The notes: generated by a model from the letters alone, not told the origin. Shown: positions 26,368-35,768, counted from the stretch's first letter. The stretch: 46,341 nt of DNA from Candidatus Izemoplasmatales bacterium (GCA_028697025.1 JAQVFZ010000001.1:1-46341); one strand, 5' to 3'. Numbers and translations: made by a program.

Positions 26368-26962
26368 ATTGTTGATTAAACCATGACTTGACATCGGTGA
26401 TTTCAACGTCAGAGATATCATGTTCATACCTATAAACTTTATGAGTGACATCCGCACCGTTTTCAACTAGTATTTTTACTAACTCATCGGTCTCATTTAC
26501 ACTGACCATTGGATCATTTAAGCCTGATGTAATAATTATCTTTTGGTTGTTTTGATTAGCCAATTGAAAGTTTTTTAGTGGAATCATAGGATGCATGAGC
26601 GCTATAGGTCCATAGACTTTTCCAAAGTGATACAATAATGACGCTAAAATATTCGCGCCGTTAGAATATCCCAATAGATATGTGTTTTGGGGCTTAAATC
26701 CTTTTTCTCCAATAAAGGAGTCGATGAATGTTTTTAGTTTTTTTGTTTCTTCTACCAAGTTTTCAATATCAAAGACACCTGGTCTTAATCTTTTGAAGAA
26801 ACGATTCAATCCTGATTCATTTATGTTTCCTCTCAGACCTAGAATCGAAGTTTCTGAATCTATAAAGTTCGCAAAAGGAATTAAACTGTTTTCGTTCCCA
26901 CCAGTACCATGTAGAACAATGAATAGTTTTGATTTTGATCTTTCAATATATTTATATTCCAT
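26366..26962 (-). CDS. Phospholipase/carboxylesterase-family alpha/beta hydrolase (MhqD/YodD-like)
   Basis: 198 aa with LHGTGGNENS and the nucleophile elbow GYSNGAN. The size and the operon context next to a ring-cleaving dioxygenase match the B. subtilis mhq genes. Confidence 0.75.
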   Translation of the reverse strand: MEYKYIERSKSKLFIVLHGTGGNENSLIPFANFIDSETSILGLRGNINESGLNRFFKRLRPGVFDIENLVEETKKLKTFIDSFIGEKGFKPQNTYLLGYSNGANILASLLYHFGKVYGPIALMHPMIPLKNFQLANQNNQKIIITSGLNDPMVSVNETDELVKILVENGADVTHKVYRYEHDISDVEITDVKSWFNQQ

Positions 26963-26966
26963 ATCT

Positions 26967-27389
26967 TTACTTCCTTAAACTGGATTTACCAATTTTGACT
27001 AAAGCTTTTTGTAAAACAACTTCTTCTTCCTTATCAAGAACATTGAGAATGTCTCTGATGTTTTGTTTGTGTAATGGGAATATTTCGTCCATCAAATTCC
27101 TACCCACTAGAGTTAATTCAAGCACATAACTCCTCTTATCCTTTTCTGATTGCTTTTTTATTATATAACCTTTATTAACCAAATTCTCTATTACATATGA
27201 CATTGAACTGTTAGGTGTAAGAACTTTATCGATAACACCTTTTACACTTAGTTTTTCTTTGTGATACAAAGCTTCCAAAACACCAAATTCACTGGTGTTC
27301 AACCCATATTTGGCTATATCATCTCGCACTGCCTTTTCTAATGAGTTATAAGCTCTGAATAGAACGGTAATTGTTTTTAGTTCATTCAT
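26967..27389 (-). CDS. MarR-family transcriptional regulator (MhqR-like by context)
   Basis: The start is moved to ATG 27389, which overlaps the dioxygenase stop in AATGAATGA; GGAG lies upstream. The winged-HTH region reads LSVKGVIDKVLTPNSSMSYVIENLVNKGYIIKKQSEKDKRSYVLELT. Confidence 0.85.
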   Translation of the reverse strand: MNELKTITVLFRAYNSLEKAVRDDIAKYGLNTSEFGVLEALYHKEKLSVKGVIDKVLTPNSSMSYVIENLVNKGYIIKKQSEKDKRSYVLELTLVGRNLMDEIFPLHKQNIRDILNVLDKEEEVVLQKALVKIGKSSLRK

Positions 27390-28371
27390 TGAAATACTCC
27401 TTTTTGAAATCAATTGTACTTCTTATAGTATTAATTGGTCTCACCAATTTTTCTATTTGTTCTTTATGATTTCTAAATTTTGGTGGTAAAGCCAAAGTCT
27501 CGCCTAGAATTTCATAGTCTTCCTGATCATCAATAAAGCCTGGACCTTCTGTCGCAAATTCAAAGAGGATGTTAGGATATAACCGCGTATATAGAGATTT
27601 AAAGTAAAATCTGTCCACAAAACCTGAATGTCTAGCACCGATGTCATTTAAATGTTTTATCCATAGGTCCAATTCATGTTTATCTTCAATCCTAAAGGCA
27701 ACATGGTGCACGCCGCCATAGCCTTGCCATGATCTTGGAAGATTACTTTCTTCAAGGATTACACTTGCGCCATTGCCACCTTGACCCATTTCAAAAAGAT
27801 GATATTTGTTGCTTGATTCTTTGTATGTCATGCCCATATATTGAGTCAATGTTGTTTTCATCCGTTCAATATTATTGATTCTCATGAAGATAGGCCCTAA
27901 ACCAATAATAGCAAATTCATCTGGCACAGGTCCTTTCTTCCAAGGGATTCCGCCCATAACTCCAGAAATACCTTCATCGGAAAATATAGCATACTCTTGA
28001 GAATCAAAATCTTCAAAAAAAATTACTTTTCTGCCAAATAGATCATATGGGCTTTCAAATTCTATTTTATAATATTTTAGTCTTTTTTCCCAGTAGGCAA
28101 TTGCATTATTATCTTTAACTCTCAAACCAATTCGACTTATTTCATCAGAACCTTTTTTGTTGCGGTCAATTCCTTGAAAATCAAAAAATGTTACATCTGT
28201 CCCAGGACTACCTACATCATCGGCAAAAAACAAATGATATGTATTGATATCGTCTTGATTGATTGTTTTTTTTACAAGACGCAAACCTAAAATGTAGGTA
28301 AAAAAATCGTATATTCTTTCCGCGCTGCTGGTAATGGCAGTAACGTGATGGATTCCTTTAAGTTTATTCAT
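27382..28371 (-). CDS. Ring-cleaving dioxygenase / glyoxalase (VOC) family protein (MhqA/MhqO-like)
   Basis: 329 aa. The N-terminus GIHHVTAITSSAERIYDFFTYILGLRLVKKTINQDD..TYHLFFAD plus a second VOC repeat containing GGVHHVAFR are typical of this family. RBS is GGAGG. Confidence 0.8.
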   Translation of the reverse strand: MNKLKGIHHVTAITSSAERIYDFFTYILGLRLVKKTINQDDINTYHLFFADDVGSPGTDVTFFDFQGIDRNKKGSDEISRIGLRVKDNNAIAYWEKRLKYYKIEFESPYDLFGRKVIFFEDFDSQEYAIFSDEGISGVMGGIPWKKGPVPDEFAIIGLGPIFMRINNIERMKTTLTQYMGMTYKESSNKYHLFEMGQGGNGASVILEESNLPRSWQGYGGVHHVAFRIEDKHELDLWIKHLNDIGARHSGFVDRFYFKSLYTRLYPNILFEFATEGPGFIDDQEDYEILGETLALPPKFRNHKEQIEKLVRPINTIRSTIDFKKEYFNE

Positions 28372-28402
28372 ATTGTACCTCCATAATATTTTCTATGCCT
28401 TA

Positions 28403-28431
28403 ATTATATTTCGAATTCGAAATAATTACAA
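28403..28431 (-). promoter_or_regulatory. Promoter of the dioxygenase-MarR-esterase operon (TTGTAA, 17 nt, TATAAT)
   Basis: On the minus strand TTGTAA is at 28431-28426, followed by a 17-nt spacer and TATAAT at 28408-28403. It lies about 32 nt upstream of the ATG at 28371. Confidence 0.55.
28407..28424. promoter_or_regulatory. Perfect 18-bp palindrome TATTTCGAATTCGAAATA; candidate MarR operator
   Basis: The palindrome is read directly. It fills the -35/-10 spacer and overlaps the -10 box of the promoter above. Confidence 0.6.
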
Positions 28432-28478
28432 GTGATATGCTCAAAAATCTAAACACACTGTCAATTTAAAAATCGCAT

Positions 28479-28519
28479 AAAAAACAAGCTAAAAATCAAA
28501 AGGATTTTAGCTTGTTTTT
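28479..28519 (-). terminator. Rho-independent terminator after the cupin gene
   Basis: A 12-bp stem forms between AACAAGCTAAAA (28483-28494) and TTTTAGCTTGTT (28505-28516). A/T runs flank it on both sides. Confidence 0.8.
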
Positions 28520-28596
28520 CTCTATATTAGGTTCTTAAAAGCGAATTTAAATAATCAGATAATTTGTTTTACAAGGACAATTTACATCGAGTAAAG

Positions 28597-28944
28597 TTAT
28601 TTGTGCCCTTCTTTAGGAACAATACAAATGAATCTGAAGGTTTCTTTACCGACGTTCCTAAATTGATGAATATGGTCCTGGGGAACATAAGCATATGATC
28701 CTGCTTTCACCGGATTTTCTTTTTCGTCTATCATTAATGAACCTTCTCCTGCAATGATGTAGTTGATATGTGGCCATGGATGTGAATGCTTAGGAGTATG
28801 ACCGCCAGCCTTAACTTCCAAAACGCGCATTACGTAATCATTCCAACCATTTTCCGGTCCGACCAAGACTCTAATATTAGCGTCTTTCGCTTCAGCGCTA
28901 ATGATATCTTTCGCTACTAAATTTTCAATATTTCCAACAATCAT
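28597..28944 (-). CDS. Cupin-domain protein
   Basis: 115 aa. GGHTPKHSHPWPHINYIIAGEG fits the cupin motif G-x5-HxH-x3,4-E-x6-G, and a second motif is present around YVPQDHIHQFRN. RBS is GAGGTG. Confidence 0.8.
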   Translation of the reverse strand: MIVGNIENLVAKDIISAEAKDANIRVLVGPENGWNDYVMRVLEVKAGGHTPKHSHPWPHINYIIAGEGSLMIDEKENPVKAGSYAYVPQDHIHQFRNVGKETFRFICIVPKEGHK

Positions 28945-29053
28945 AGATTATCACCTCTTCCTTATTATATCATATGTTTTTTTTAATTATGAACTAATTG
29001 CGCAATTATATACACAATATGATTATCATATGCCCATATAACTTTCCATTAGG

Positions 29054-29067
29054 TTAGCATATGCTAA
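29054..29067. promoter_or_regulatory. Perfect 14-bp palindrome TTAGCATATGCTAA upstream of pdhA
   Basis: Read directly. It is one of four CATATG-core elements in the 216-bp cupin/pdhA intergenic region. Confidence 0.45.
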
Positions 29068-29075
29068 CTTATAGA

Positions 29076-29085
29076 GCATATGCTT
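29076..29085. promoter_or_regulatory. Perfect 10-bp palindrome AGCATATGCT abutting the pdh -35 box
   Basis: Read directly. It shares its core with the 29054-29067 element, and their centres are 20 bp apart. Confidence 0.4.
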
Positions 29086-29113
29086 TCAGAATGACGTAAA
29101 AATACCTTATAAT
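29085..29113 (+). promoter_or_regulatory. Candidate pdh promoter (TTCAGA, 17 nt, TATAAT)
   Basis: TTCAGA is at 29085-29090, followed by a 17-nt spacer and TATAAT at 29108-29113. It lies about 49 nt upstream of the ATG at 29162. Confidence 0.45.
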
Positions 29114-29161
29114 ATAGTTAGATACATCAATTACAAATATATGTTAATGGGAGGATGTTTA

Positions 29162-30259
29162 ATGTTATTCGATGAATATAATCCATTGAAAGGCGAAATG
29201 CTTCAGATAATGGATCAAGAAGGAAAAATCGTTAATGATAAATTGGAACCTAAAATCGACAAAGAAACTTTGCTCAAAATGTATAAGACTATGGTTTTGG
29301 GAAGAACAGCCGATGAAAAAGCATTACAATTTCAAAGACAAGGAAGAATGTTAACTTACGCCCCAAACATCGGCCAAGAAGCTGCTCAAGTAGGCCCTAT
29401 GGCCGCTTTGAAGGATCAAGATTGGTTGGTTTTGGCATTTAGGGAATTTAACGCCATGCTTTATAAAGGGGTTACCCTGGAACAAGCCTTCCTTTATTGG
29501 TATGGAAATGAAAGAGGTTCAAGATATGATGATGAAGTTAGAGTATTACCGATAAATGTTCCAATCGGTTCGCAAATCAATCACGCTACCGGTGTAGCAT
29601 ATGCCAGCAAACTAAAAGAACTTGATGAAGTTGCTATTGTATTTATTGGCGATGGTGGTACTTCTCACGGTGAATTCCATGAAGGTATGAACTTTGCTGC
29701 TACTTACGACTTGCCGATGATTACTATAATTCAAAACAATCAATATGCGATATCAACGCCTAGACATAAAGTCATAAAAGCCAAAACCTTAGCTCAAAAA
29801 GCTATTGCTTATGGCATTTCCGGTATACAGGTCGATGGAAACGATCCTTTAGCGATGTATTTAGCAGTAAAAACCGCTAGAGAAAGAGCAATAAAAGGAT
29901 ATGGCCCGACTTTAATCGAAGCTGTAACATATCGAATAGGGCCTCATACCACTTCCGACAATCCAAAACTCTACCGTGAGGATACAGAAGTTGAAGAATG
30001 GTTGAAAAAAGACCCAATCAAAAGAATGAAAAATTATCTTATTGGCAAAAAATTATGGTCTGAAGAAAAAGATGTTGAACTTCATGAAGAGTTGAAACAG
30101 CTCGTTTTGGATACTTTTAAACACGTAGAAGAAACCGGTGAAGTCGAACTTAATGAAGTGTTTGACTACACATATGAAAAACTGACACCTAATCTGGAAG
30201 AACAACTTAATTACTACAAGGAGTACTTGAAAGCGGAGGGAATAAAAGATGGCAACTAA
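29162..30259 (+). CDS. pdhA: 2-oxoacid (probably pyruvate) dehydrogenase E1 alpha subunit
   Basis: The start is ATG 29162, with GGGAGGA 6 nt upstream. The TPP motif is GDGGTSHGEFHEGMNFAA...IIQNNQYAIS. Pyruvate versus branched-chain or acetoin specificity cannot be settled by eye. Confidence 0.8.
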   Translation: MLFDEYNPLKGEMLQIMDQEGKIVNDKLEPKIDKETLLKMYKTMVLGRTADEKALQFQRQGRMLTYAPNIGQEAAQVGPMAALKDQDWLVLAFREFNAMLYKGVTLEQAFLYWYGNERGSRYDDEVRVLPINVPIGSQINHATGVAYASKLKELDEVAIVFIGDGGTSHGEFHEGMNFAATYDLPMITIIQNNQYAISTPRHKVIKAKTLAQKAIAYGISGIQVDGNDPLAMYLAVKTARERAIKGYGPTLIEAVTYRIGPHTTSDNPKLYREDTEVEEWLKKDPIKRMKNYLIGKKLWSEEKDVELHEELKQLVLDTFKHVEETGEVELNEVFDYTYEKLTPNLEEQLNYYKEYLKAEGIKDGN

Positions 30260-31226
30260 AACAATTTTACAATCAATTAATGAAGCCCTTGACCAAATGA
30301 TGGAACAAGATCCTTCAGTCGTTGTCTATGGCGAAGATGTAGGATTTGAAGGTGGTGTCTTTAGAACAACAGCCGGTTTACAAAAAAAATACGGTGAAAA
30401 AAGAGTTTTCGACACACCAATATCAGAAGCTGCGATAGTCGGAAGTGCTGTTGGCATGTCCATAAACGGCATGAAACCCATAGTCGAAATGCAATTCTCC
30501 GGCTTTAGTTTGCCAGCTTATAATCAAATAGTAACCCATGTAGCGAGATTCAGAAATCGTTCTCGCGGAAAATATCATTTGCCTTTAGTCATAAGAATGC
30601 CTTATGGTGGTGGAGTTAAAGCCTTGGAACACCATTCAGAAAGTCTTGAAACTCTGTATGCTCATATACCGGGGTTAAAATTGGTTATTCCTTCGACTCC
30701 ATATGACGCAAAAGGTTTATTAATCGCAGCCATAAATGATCCTGATCCAGTTATTTTCATGGAGCCCAAAAGAATCTACAGGGCTTTTAAACAGGAAGTC
30801 CCAGACGAAATATATGAAGTTCCAATTGGAAAAGCAAGAATGGTGAAAAAAGGGAAAGACCTAACCATCATTGCTTGGGGAGCTTTAGTTAGGGAAGTCG
30901 AAAAAGCACTGGAACTTAAACCAGAAATCGATGCTGAAGTGATTGATTTGCGTACTATTTCACCAATTGATTTCGAAACAATAATCGCCTCTGTAAAAAA
31001 GACCGGTAGAGTTCTAATAGTTCACGAGGCAGTCAAATCTTTCGGCCCTGCAGCTGAATTAATCGCGATTATCAATGAAAAAGCATTTGTTTATCTAGAA
31101 GCTGCCCCAAGACGACTAACGGGTTTTGATATCACGGTTCCATTGCCAAAAGGTGAACCATATTTCATAATAACACCAGAACAAATAGCTTACGAAATGC
31201 AAAAGTTAGTTGATTTTAAGGCATAA
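30249..31226 (+). CDS. pdhB: 2-oxoacid dehydrogenase E1 beta subunit
   Basis: 325 aa. It overlaps pdhA by 11 nt. The sequence VFDTPISEAAIVGSAVGMSINGMKPIVEMQF is typical of E1-beta. Confidence 0.85.
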   Translation: MATKTILQSINEALDQMMEQDPSVVVYGEDVGFEGGVFRTTAGLQKKYGEKRVFDTPISEAAIVGSAVGMSINGMKPIVEMQFSGFSLPAYNQIVTHVARFRNRSRGKYHLPLVIRMPYGGGVKALEHHSESLETLYAHIPGLKLVIPSTPYDAKGLLIAAINDPDPVIFMEPKRIYRAFKQEVPDEIYEVPIGKARMVKKGKDLTIIAWGALVREVEKALELKPEIDAEVIDLRTISPIDFETIIASVKKTGRVLIVHEAVKSFGPAAELIAIINEKAFVYLEAAPRRLTGFDITVPLPKGEPYFIITPEQIAYEMQKLVDFKA

Positions 31227-31236
31227 GGAGGAAACT

Positions 31237-32499
31237 ATGTATAAATTTAAGTTTGCGGATATTGGTGAAGGTATCCATGAAGGAAAAATATTGGAATACA
31301 ATTTCAAAGTTGGCGATATGATAAAAGAAGGAGAAACCTTAGTCTTAATCGAAACTGACAAAGTCAATGCCGAAATTCCGGTTCCGGTAGATGGAAAAAT
31401 AATAAGTCTTGGCCCAGATGCCGGCAAAATTGTCCATGTTGGCGAAGTGTTGGCGGTTATTGATGAAAGCAATGAAGAAAAAGAAAAATCTGAAACTGTC
31501 ATTGAAGTTCCTGATGAAAGTGATGAAGCCGGAGTTGTAGGAAAATTAGAAGTTTCTGAAGAAGTGATTGCTTCAGCCGATGAATTCGACGAAAAAATCG
31601 AATCGAAGGCAAGAGTTTTGGCAACTCCAGTTGCTCGTAAATTGGCTAGCGATTTAGGAGTAGACATAAAAAATGTCAAAGGCTCAGGTGAGCATGGGAG
31701 GGTCTTGAAAACTGATATTGAAACCTTCTCAACTCAAGAAGAGAAAAAACCGATAATCTCCACGGTTAAAAATATAGAAGTTCCAAAAACAAAGCTCAAT
31801 GATGGGGATAGAAGAGAAAAGATTTCTACTTTGAGAAAGTCTGTAGTAAAAGCGATGACTCTATCAAAACAAATCATTCCTCATACCACATTAATTGATG
31901 AATTAGATGTGTCTGCTTTAGTTTCGTTCCGTGAGGAATACAAAGAAATGGCCAAAACACATGGTGTAAAACTAACTTATATGGCTTTTATTATCAAGGC
32001 ATTGGTCACATCTGTCAAAGAATATCCTATCTTCAATAGCTCTTTTGATCATGAAAATGAAGAAATAATCTATCGTCAAAATATCAATATCGGAATCGCA
32101 GTAGATACTCCAGACGGATTAATTGTCCCTAATATTAAAAACGCAGATACTTTAAGTTTATTCGAAATTGCCAATGAGGTCGAACGATTATCATCTTTAG
32201 CTAAAGAAAGAAAAATTCAATTGAATGACTTGCAGGGCGGAACAATAACCATCACCAATTTCGGAGCTTTTGACGCCATATCAGGAACACCAGTAATCAA
32301 ACACCCGGAAGTTGCCATTCTTGGTATTGGTAAAATCATGAAAAAACCAGTTGTAGTAGACAACCAGATAGCAATCAGGGATATTGCTCCGCTTTCGCTG
32401 ACTTTTGATCATCGAATAATTGACGGTGCTGACGGCGGCCGATTTATGATAGCTTATAAGAAATATCTAAAAAATCCGCTTCTACTATTAATGAGTTAG
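31237..32499 (+). CDS. pdhC: Dihydrolipoamide acyltransferase E2 (single lipoyl domain)
   Basis: The start is ATG 31237, after AAGGAGG. It has a lipoyl-Lys motif IETDKVNAEIP, a subunit-binding domain ATPVARKLASDLGVD and the catalytic DHRIIDGADGGRF. Confidence 0.9.
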   Translation: MYKFKFADIGEGIHEGKILEYNFKVGDMIKEGETLVLIETDKVNAEIPVPVDGKIISLGPDAGKIVHVGEVLAVIDESNEEKEKSETVIEVPDESDEAGVVGKLEVSEEVIASADEFDEKIESKARVLATPVARKLASDLGVDIKNVKGSGEHGRVLKTDIETFSTQEEKKPIISTVKNIEVPKTKLNDGDRREKISTLRKSVVKAMTLSKQIIPHTTLIDELDVSALVSFREEYKEMAKTHGVKLTYMAFIIKALVTSVKEYPIFNSSFDHENEEIIYRQNINIGIAVDTPDGLIVPNIKNADTLSLFEIANEVERLSSLAKERKIQLNDLQGGTITITNFGAFDAISGTPVIKHPEVAILGIGKIMKKPVVVDNQIAIRDIAPLSLTFDHRIIDGADGGRFMIAYKKYLKNPLLLLMS

Positions 32500-32510
32500 G
32501 AGTGACTTAC

Positions 32511-33890
32511 ATGAAAAACTATGATGTAATAATCATTGGTTCAGGACCAGGCGGTTACGTGGCGGCAATAAAGGCCGGTCAAAAAAACTTAAAAGTCGCT
32601 ATTATCGAAAAAGAAGCGATTGGCGGTGTATGTTTGAACTGGGGTTGCATTCCCACAAAATCTCTCCTTAAGAGCGCAAAAGTATATACCGAAATTCTTA
32701 ATGCCAAGGAATACGGAATAGACATCGATAGTTATGAAAATATCAGGCCTAACTGGAATTCTATAGTCAAAAGAAAAGATCGCATAGTCAAAAGATTGAC
32801 TGGTGGCGTAAAAATGTTGCTTGAAAAAAACAATGTAGACATTTATAATGGTGAAGGCGAGATTTTAAGTAAAAACGAAGTCAAAGTAAATGCTGAAATT
32901 TTAAAGACAAATAGCATTATTTTGGCAACTGGTTCATCACCAATCATCCCTCCAATTCCAGGCATTAATGAGGCCTATAAGACCGGCTTTTTGATGACAA
33001 GTAAAGATTTGCTTTCAATCGATCAAATCCCGAAGAAATTAACTATAATTGGTGGAGGAGTAATCGGCGTTGAGTTTGCCACCATCTTTAGTTCCTTTGA
33101 TACAGAAGTTACAATCATTGAAAGAGAAAAAGAGATTTTGAACAATATTGATGATGATATTAGAGAGGCAATGTTAAAAATTCTAAAAAAAGCAAAAATT
33201 GAAATATTAACAGAAGCCACTGTAACAGGAATCGAAGATAAAAAGGTAGTATACAAAACTGTTTCAGGAGAAGAAGGAACCCTTAATGCCGATCGAGTAT
33301 TACTATCAGTCGGTATGAAAAGCAACAGTGAGAGCTTTAAACATCTTAACTTGAAAATGGAAAAGAATTTCGTTTATGTCAATGACCAGATGCAGACATC
33401 TATTCCTAACGTTTACGCTATTGGAGATGTCAATGGAAAGATGATGTTGGCTCATGTAGCTTCTCATCAAGGTTTGATTGCGATAGAACACATCTTGGGT
33501 AAAACTGAGAAAATCAATTATGATCAGATACCGTCGGTGATATATTCCTTCCCGGAAGTTGCTCAAATCGGATTGACTGAAAAAATCGCCAAAACAAAAG
33601 GAATTGATTATTTAATCTCAAAGTTTCCTTTACAAGCTAACGGTAAGGCCTTGTCAGCTAATGAGAAGGACGGCTTTATCAAAATCATAGCTTCAAAGCC
33701 TTATAATGAAATAATCGGAGTCCATATCTTAGCCGAAAATGCTAGCGATTTAATTTCTGAAGCGCTTATGACTATGAAGTTAGAAGGTACCGCCAATGAG
33801 ATTGCCTCTTCAATTCACCCTCATCCTACAATCTCAGAAATCTATAACGAAGCTGCCTTGGGATTGATAGAAAAACCTATTCATATCTAA
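32511..33890 (+). CDS. lpdA: Dihydrolipoyl dehydrogenase E3
   Basis: The start is ATG 32511, with AGGAG 8 nt upstream. It has the FAD motif GSGPGGY, the redox disulfide GGVCLNWGCIPTK and a C-terminal HPHPTISE. Confidence 0.9.
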   Translation: MKNYDVIIIGSGPGGYVAAIKAGQKNLKVAIIEKEAIGGVCLNWGCIPTKSLLKSAKVYTEILNAKEYGIDIDSYENIRPNWNSIVKRKDRIVKRLTGGVKMLLEKNNVDIYNGEGEILSKNEVKVNAEILKTNSIILATGSSPIIPPIPGINEAYKTGFLMTSKDLLSIDQIPKKLTIIGGGVIGVEFATIFSSFDTEVTIIEREKEILNNIDDDIREAMLKILKKAKIEILTEATVTGIEDKKVVYKTVSGEEGTLNADRVLLSVGMKSNSESFKHLNLKMEKNFVYVNDQMQTSIPNVYAIGDVNGKMMLAHVASHQGLIAIEHILGKTEKINYDQIPSVIYSFPEVAQIGLTEKIAKTKGIDYLISKFPLQANGKALSANEKDGFIKIIASKPYNEIIGVHILAENASDLISEALMTMKLEGTANEIASSIHPHPTISEIYNEAALGLIEKPIHI

Positions 33891-33895
33891 TAAAT

Positions 33896-33935
33896 AAAGT
33901 GCACTTGCATATAATTACGCAAGTGCACTTTTTGT
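33896..33935. terminator. Strong hairpin terminator between lpdA and the convergent aldo/keto reductase gene
   Basis: A 13-bp perfect stem forms between AAAGTGCACTTGC (33896-33908) and GCAAGTGCACTTT (33919-33931). The run TTTTTGTTTTT follows. Confidence 0.85.
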
Positions 33936-33937
33936 TT

Positions 33938-34870
33938 TTACCATTGTAATGGTTGATCCTTAATTTCTTCATCGTATAATTTCAAAAGTTCGTTTTTGAT
34001 TTCATCGTTTAAGATAAATGATTCTGCATTAATATTTTCTTGAAGTTGCTTGAAGTTTTTAATGCCAGTTATTACCGATGTGATGGAATCGAAACTTAAA
34101 ATGAAACTAATAGCATATTTTGTCAAATTATCATCATTTGTGATTTGCTTCATTTTATTGACCAGATAAGCTCTTCTTTCTATAGTCGGCTTATCCCATC
34201 TTGACCTAATACCGTCGAAACTGGAAAACTCATTATACTTTCCGCTTAACCAACCAGAATCCAAAGGGACTTTTATAATCAGAGTTATGCCTTTTGTTTT
34301 AGCCACATCGAACAAGGAAAGCGGACTTTGAAAAAATACATTGAAAAGAATTTCTACTACTTGGACATCGGTTTTGTTCAATACTTCAAGCAGTTCCCGA
34401 TGCGTATCAATACTTACTCCATAAGCTCTAATCAAACCCTCATTTTTCAATTTTTCTAGTTCGATAAAATGACCTGAATTACCAGAAAGAATTTCCATTC
34501 CCGGATTATGCAAAACCACACTATCAAGGTAGTCTGTATTTAACCTGGCTAAGCTATCCTTGATTTGTTCTTTCATGGAATTTACTGAAAAATCGGTTAA
34601 TCCATTGGCTTTATGGCCAATCTTGCTATTGATTATTACTTTTTCTCTTACAGCATGCAGTGCCTCTCCAATAATCTTTTCGCTTTCTCCCCCTGAATAA
34701 CCAGGTGCGGTGTCAAATAATGTAATTCCCTTAGTATATGCTTGTTTAACTAATTCTACTCCTTCAGAGTGGGTCATTTCTCCCCAGAACTCATTATTGC
34801 CCAATTGCCAACCGCCAAAGCTGATTCTGCTTGCCAATTTATTGGTGTTTGCGTAAGGGATGTATTTCAT
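33938..34870 (-). CDS. Aldo/keto reductase
   Basis: The start is ATG 34870, after GGAGG. FGGWQLG and GITLFDTAPGYSGGESEKIIGEAL are typical of AKRs. Confidence 0.85.
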   Translation of the reverse strand: MKYIPYANTNKLASRISFGGWQLGNNEFWGEMTHSEGVELVKQAYTKGITLFDTAPGYSGGESEKIIGEALHAVREKVIINSKIGHKANGLTDFSVNSMKEQIKDSLARLNTDYLDSVVLHNPGMEILSGNSGHFIELEKLKNEGLIRAYGVSIDTHRELLEVLNKTDVQVVEILFNVFFQSPLSLFDVAKTKGITLIIKVPLDSGWLSGKYNEFSSFDGIRSRWDKPTIERRAYLVNKMKQITNDDNLTKYAISFILSFDSITSVITGIKNFKQLQENINAESFILNDEIKNELLKLYDEEIKDQPLQW

Positions 34871-34886
34871 ATATACCTCCAAAATA

Positions 34887-35768
34887 CTACTTTTTTAGTA
34901 ACTGGCTTAATTCTGAGTCAGAAAACTTTCTACCAATCAGAAAAGCGAATCGATCTTCATTAACTGAGACTATATATCCAGATTCCATAGCTAATTTCAA
35001 TTTTTGATTATCGAATATTATGTCGAGTTCACATCTTTTTGTTTTTCCAAAGTTCCATTCCCAAGAACGGTATTTGCTATTCGCCAACGATTCTATTGCT
35101 TTTACATCTACTTCAGCTAAATCATATATCACTTTCTGAATGTTTTTATCTTCAAGGTAGCGATTTATAAGAATTTTTTTAAATTTGAATATATCTATAT
35201 CTGCACTTATGAAGCTGGCTATATTGGCCACCATTTGTTTGTTTGAAGCAATAAAATTGGTATTTGTCAATTGATCGTAATTAACTAAAGCTTCATTAAT
35301 AATGTTTAAATCCGCATTAAACAGAACCGTGCCATGATGGAGAAGCCTATTGTTTATAAATGCTTGTGCATTTCCTGAAATTTTCCTATTATCAATAAAA
35401 ACATGCGATTTCGGTTTAAAATATGCTAAGATACCTAAATCATTTAAAAGGTCAATGAGTGGAGAAAGAAAAAATTCGTAATCATTAATTTTACTTTCAT
35501 AGTCACTGGTAATTATCGAAAAAACAAGTGTGCCTTGATCTTGGTAGATTGTTCCCCCTCCAGAAATTCTTCTTATAATCGGTATGTCCGTCTGCCAATA
35601 TTTAGGATGAATCTCAATAAATGGGTTTTGATTTCGGCCGAAAATGAAAGCTTTTTCTGATTGCCATACCAAAAGAACGTCTTCATTAAAACGTTTTGAA
35701 CGCAAGATATATTCTTCTAGTGCTAAATTGAAATATGGATCTTTTGATTCGCTAATTAAAAGTGCCAT
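34887..35768 (-). CDS. lplA: Lipoate-protein ligase A (short form)
   Basis: 293 aa with RRISGGGTIYQDQGTLVFS, RKISGNAQAF and SWEWNFGKT. It is about 40 aa shorter at the C-terminus than E. coli LplA or B. subtilis LplJ, as I remember them. Confidence 0.8.
   Translation of the reverse strand: MALLISESKDPYFNLALEEYILRSKRFNEDVLLVWQSEKAFIFGRNQNPFIEIHPKYWQTDIPIIRRISGGGTIYQDQGTLVFSIITSDYESKINDYEFFLSPLIDLLNDLGILAYFKPKSHVFIDNRKISGNAQAFINNRLLHHGTVLFNADLNIINEALVNYDQLTNTNFIASNKQMVANIASFISADIDIFKFKKILINRYLEDKNIQKVIYDLAEVDVKAIESLANSKYRSWEWNFGKTKRCELDIIFDNQKLKLAMESGYIVSVNEDRFAFLIGRKFSDSELSQLLKK

Noticed and set aside
31206-31679. A 157-aa minus-strand ORF rich in Ser and Thr
   Set aside because: It is antisense to the lipoyl-domain and linker region of pdhC, whose identity is secure. 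Its composition reflects the complementary codons of an acidic, Glu-rich linker.
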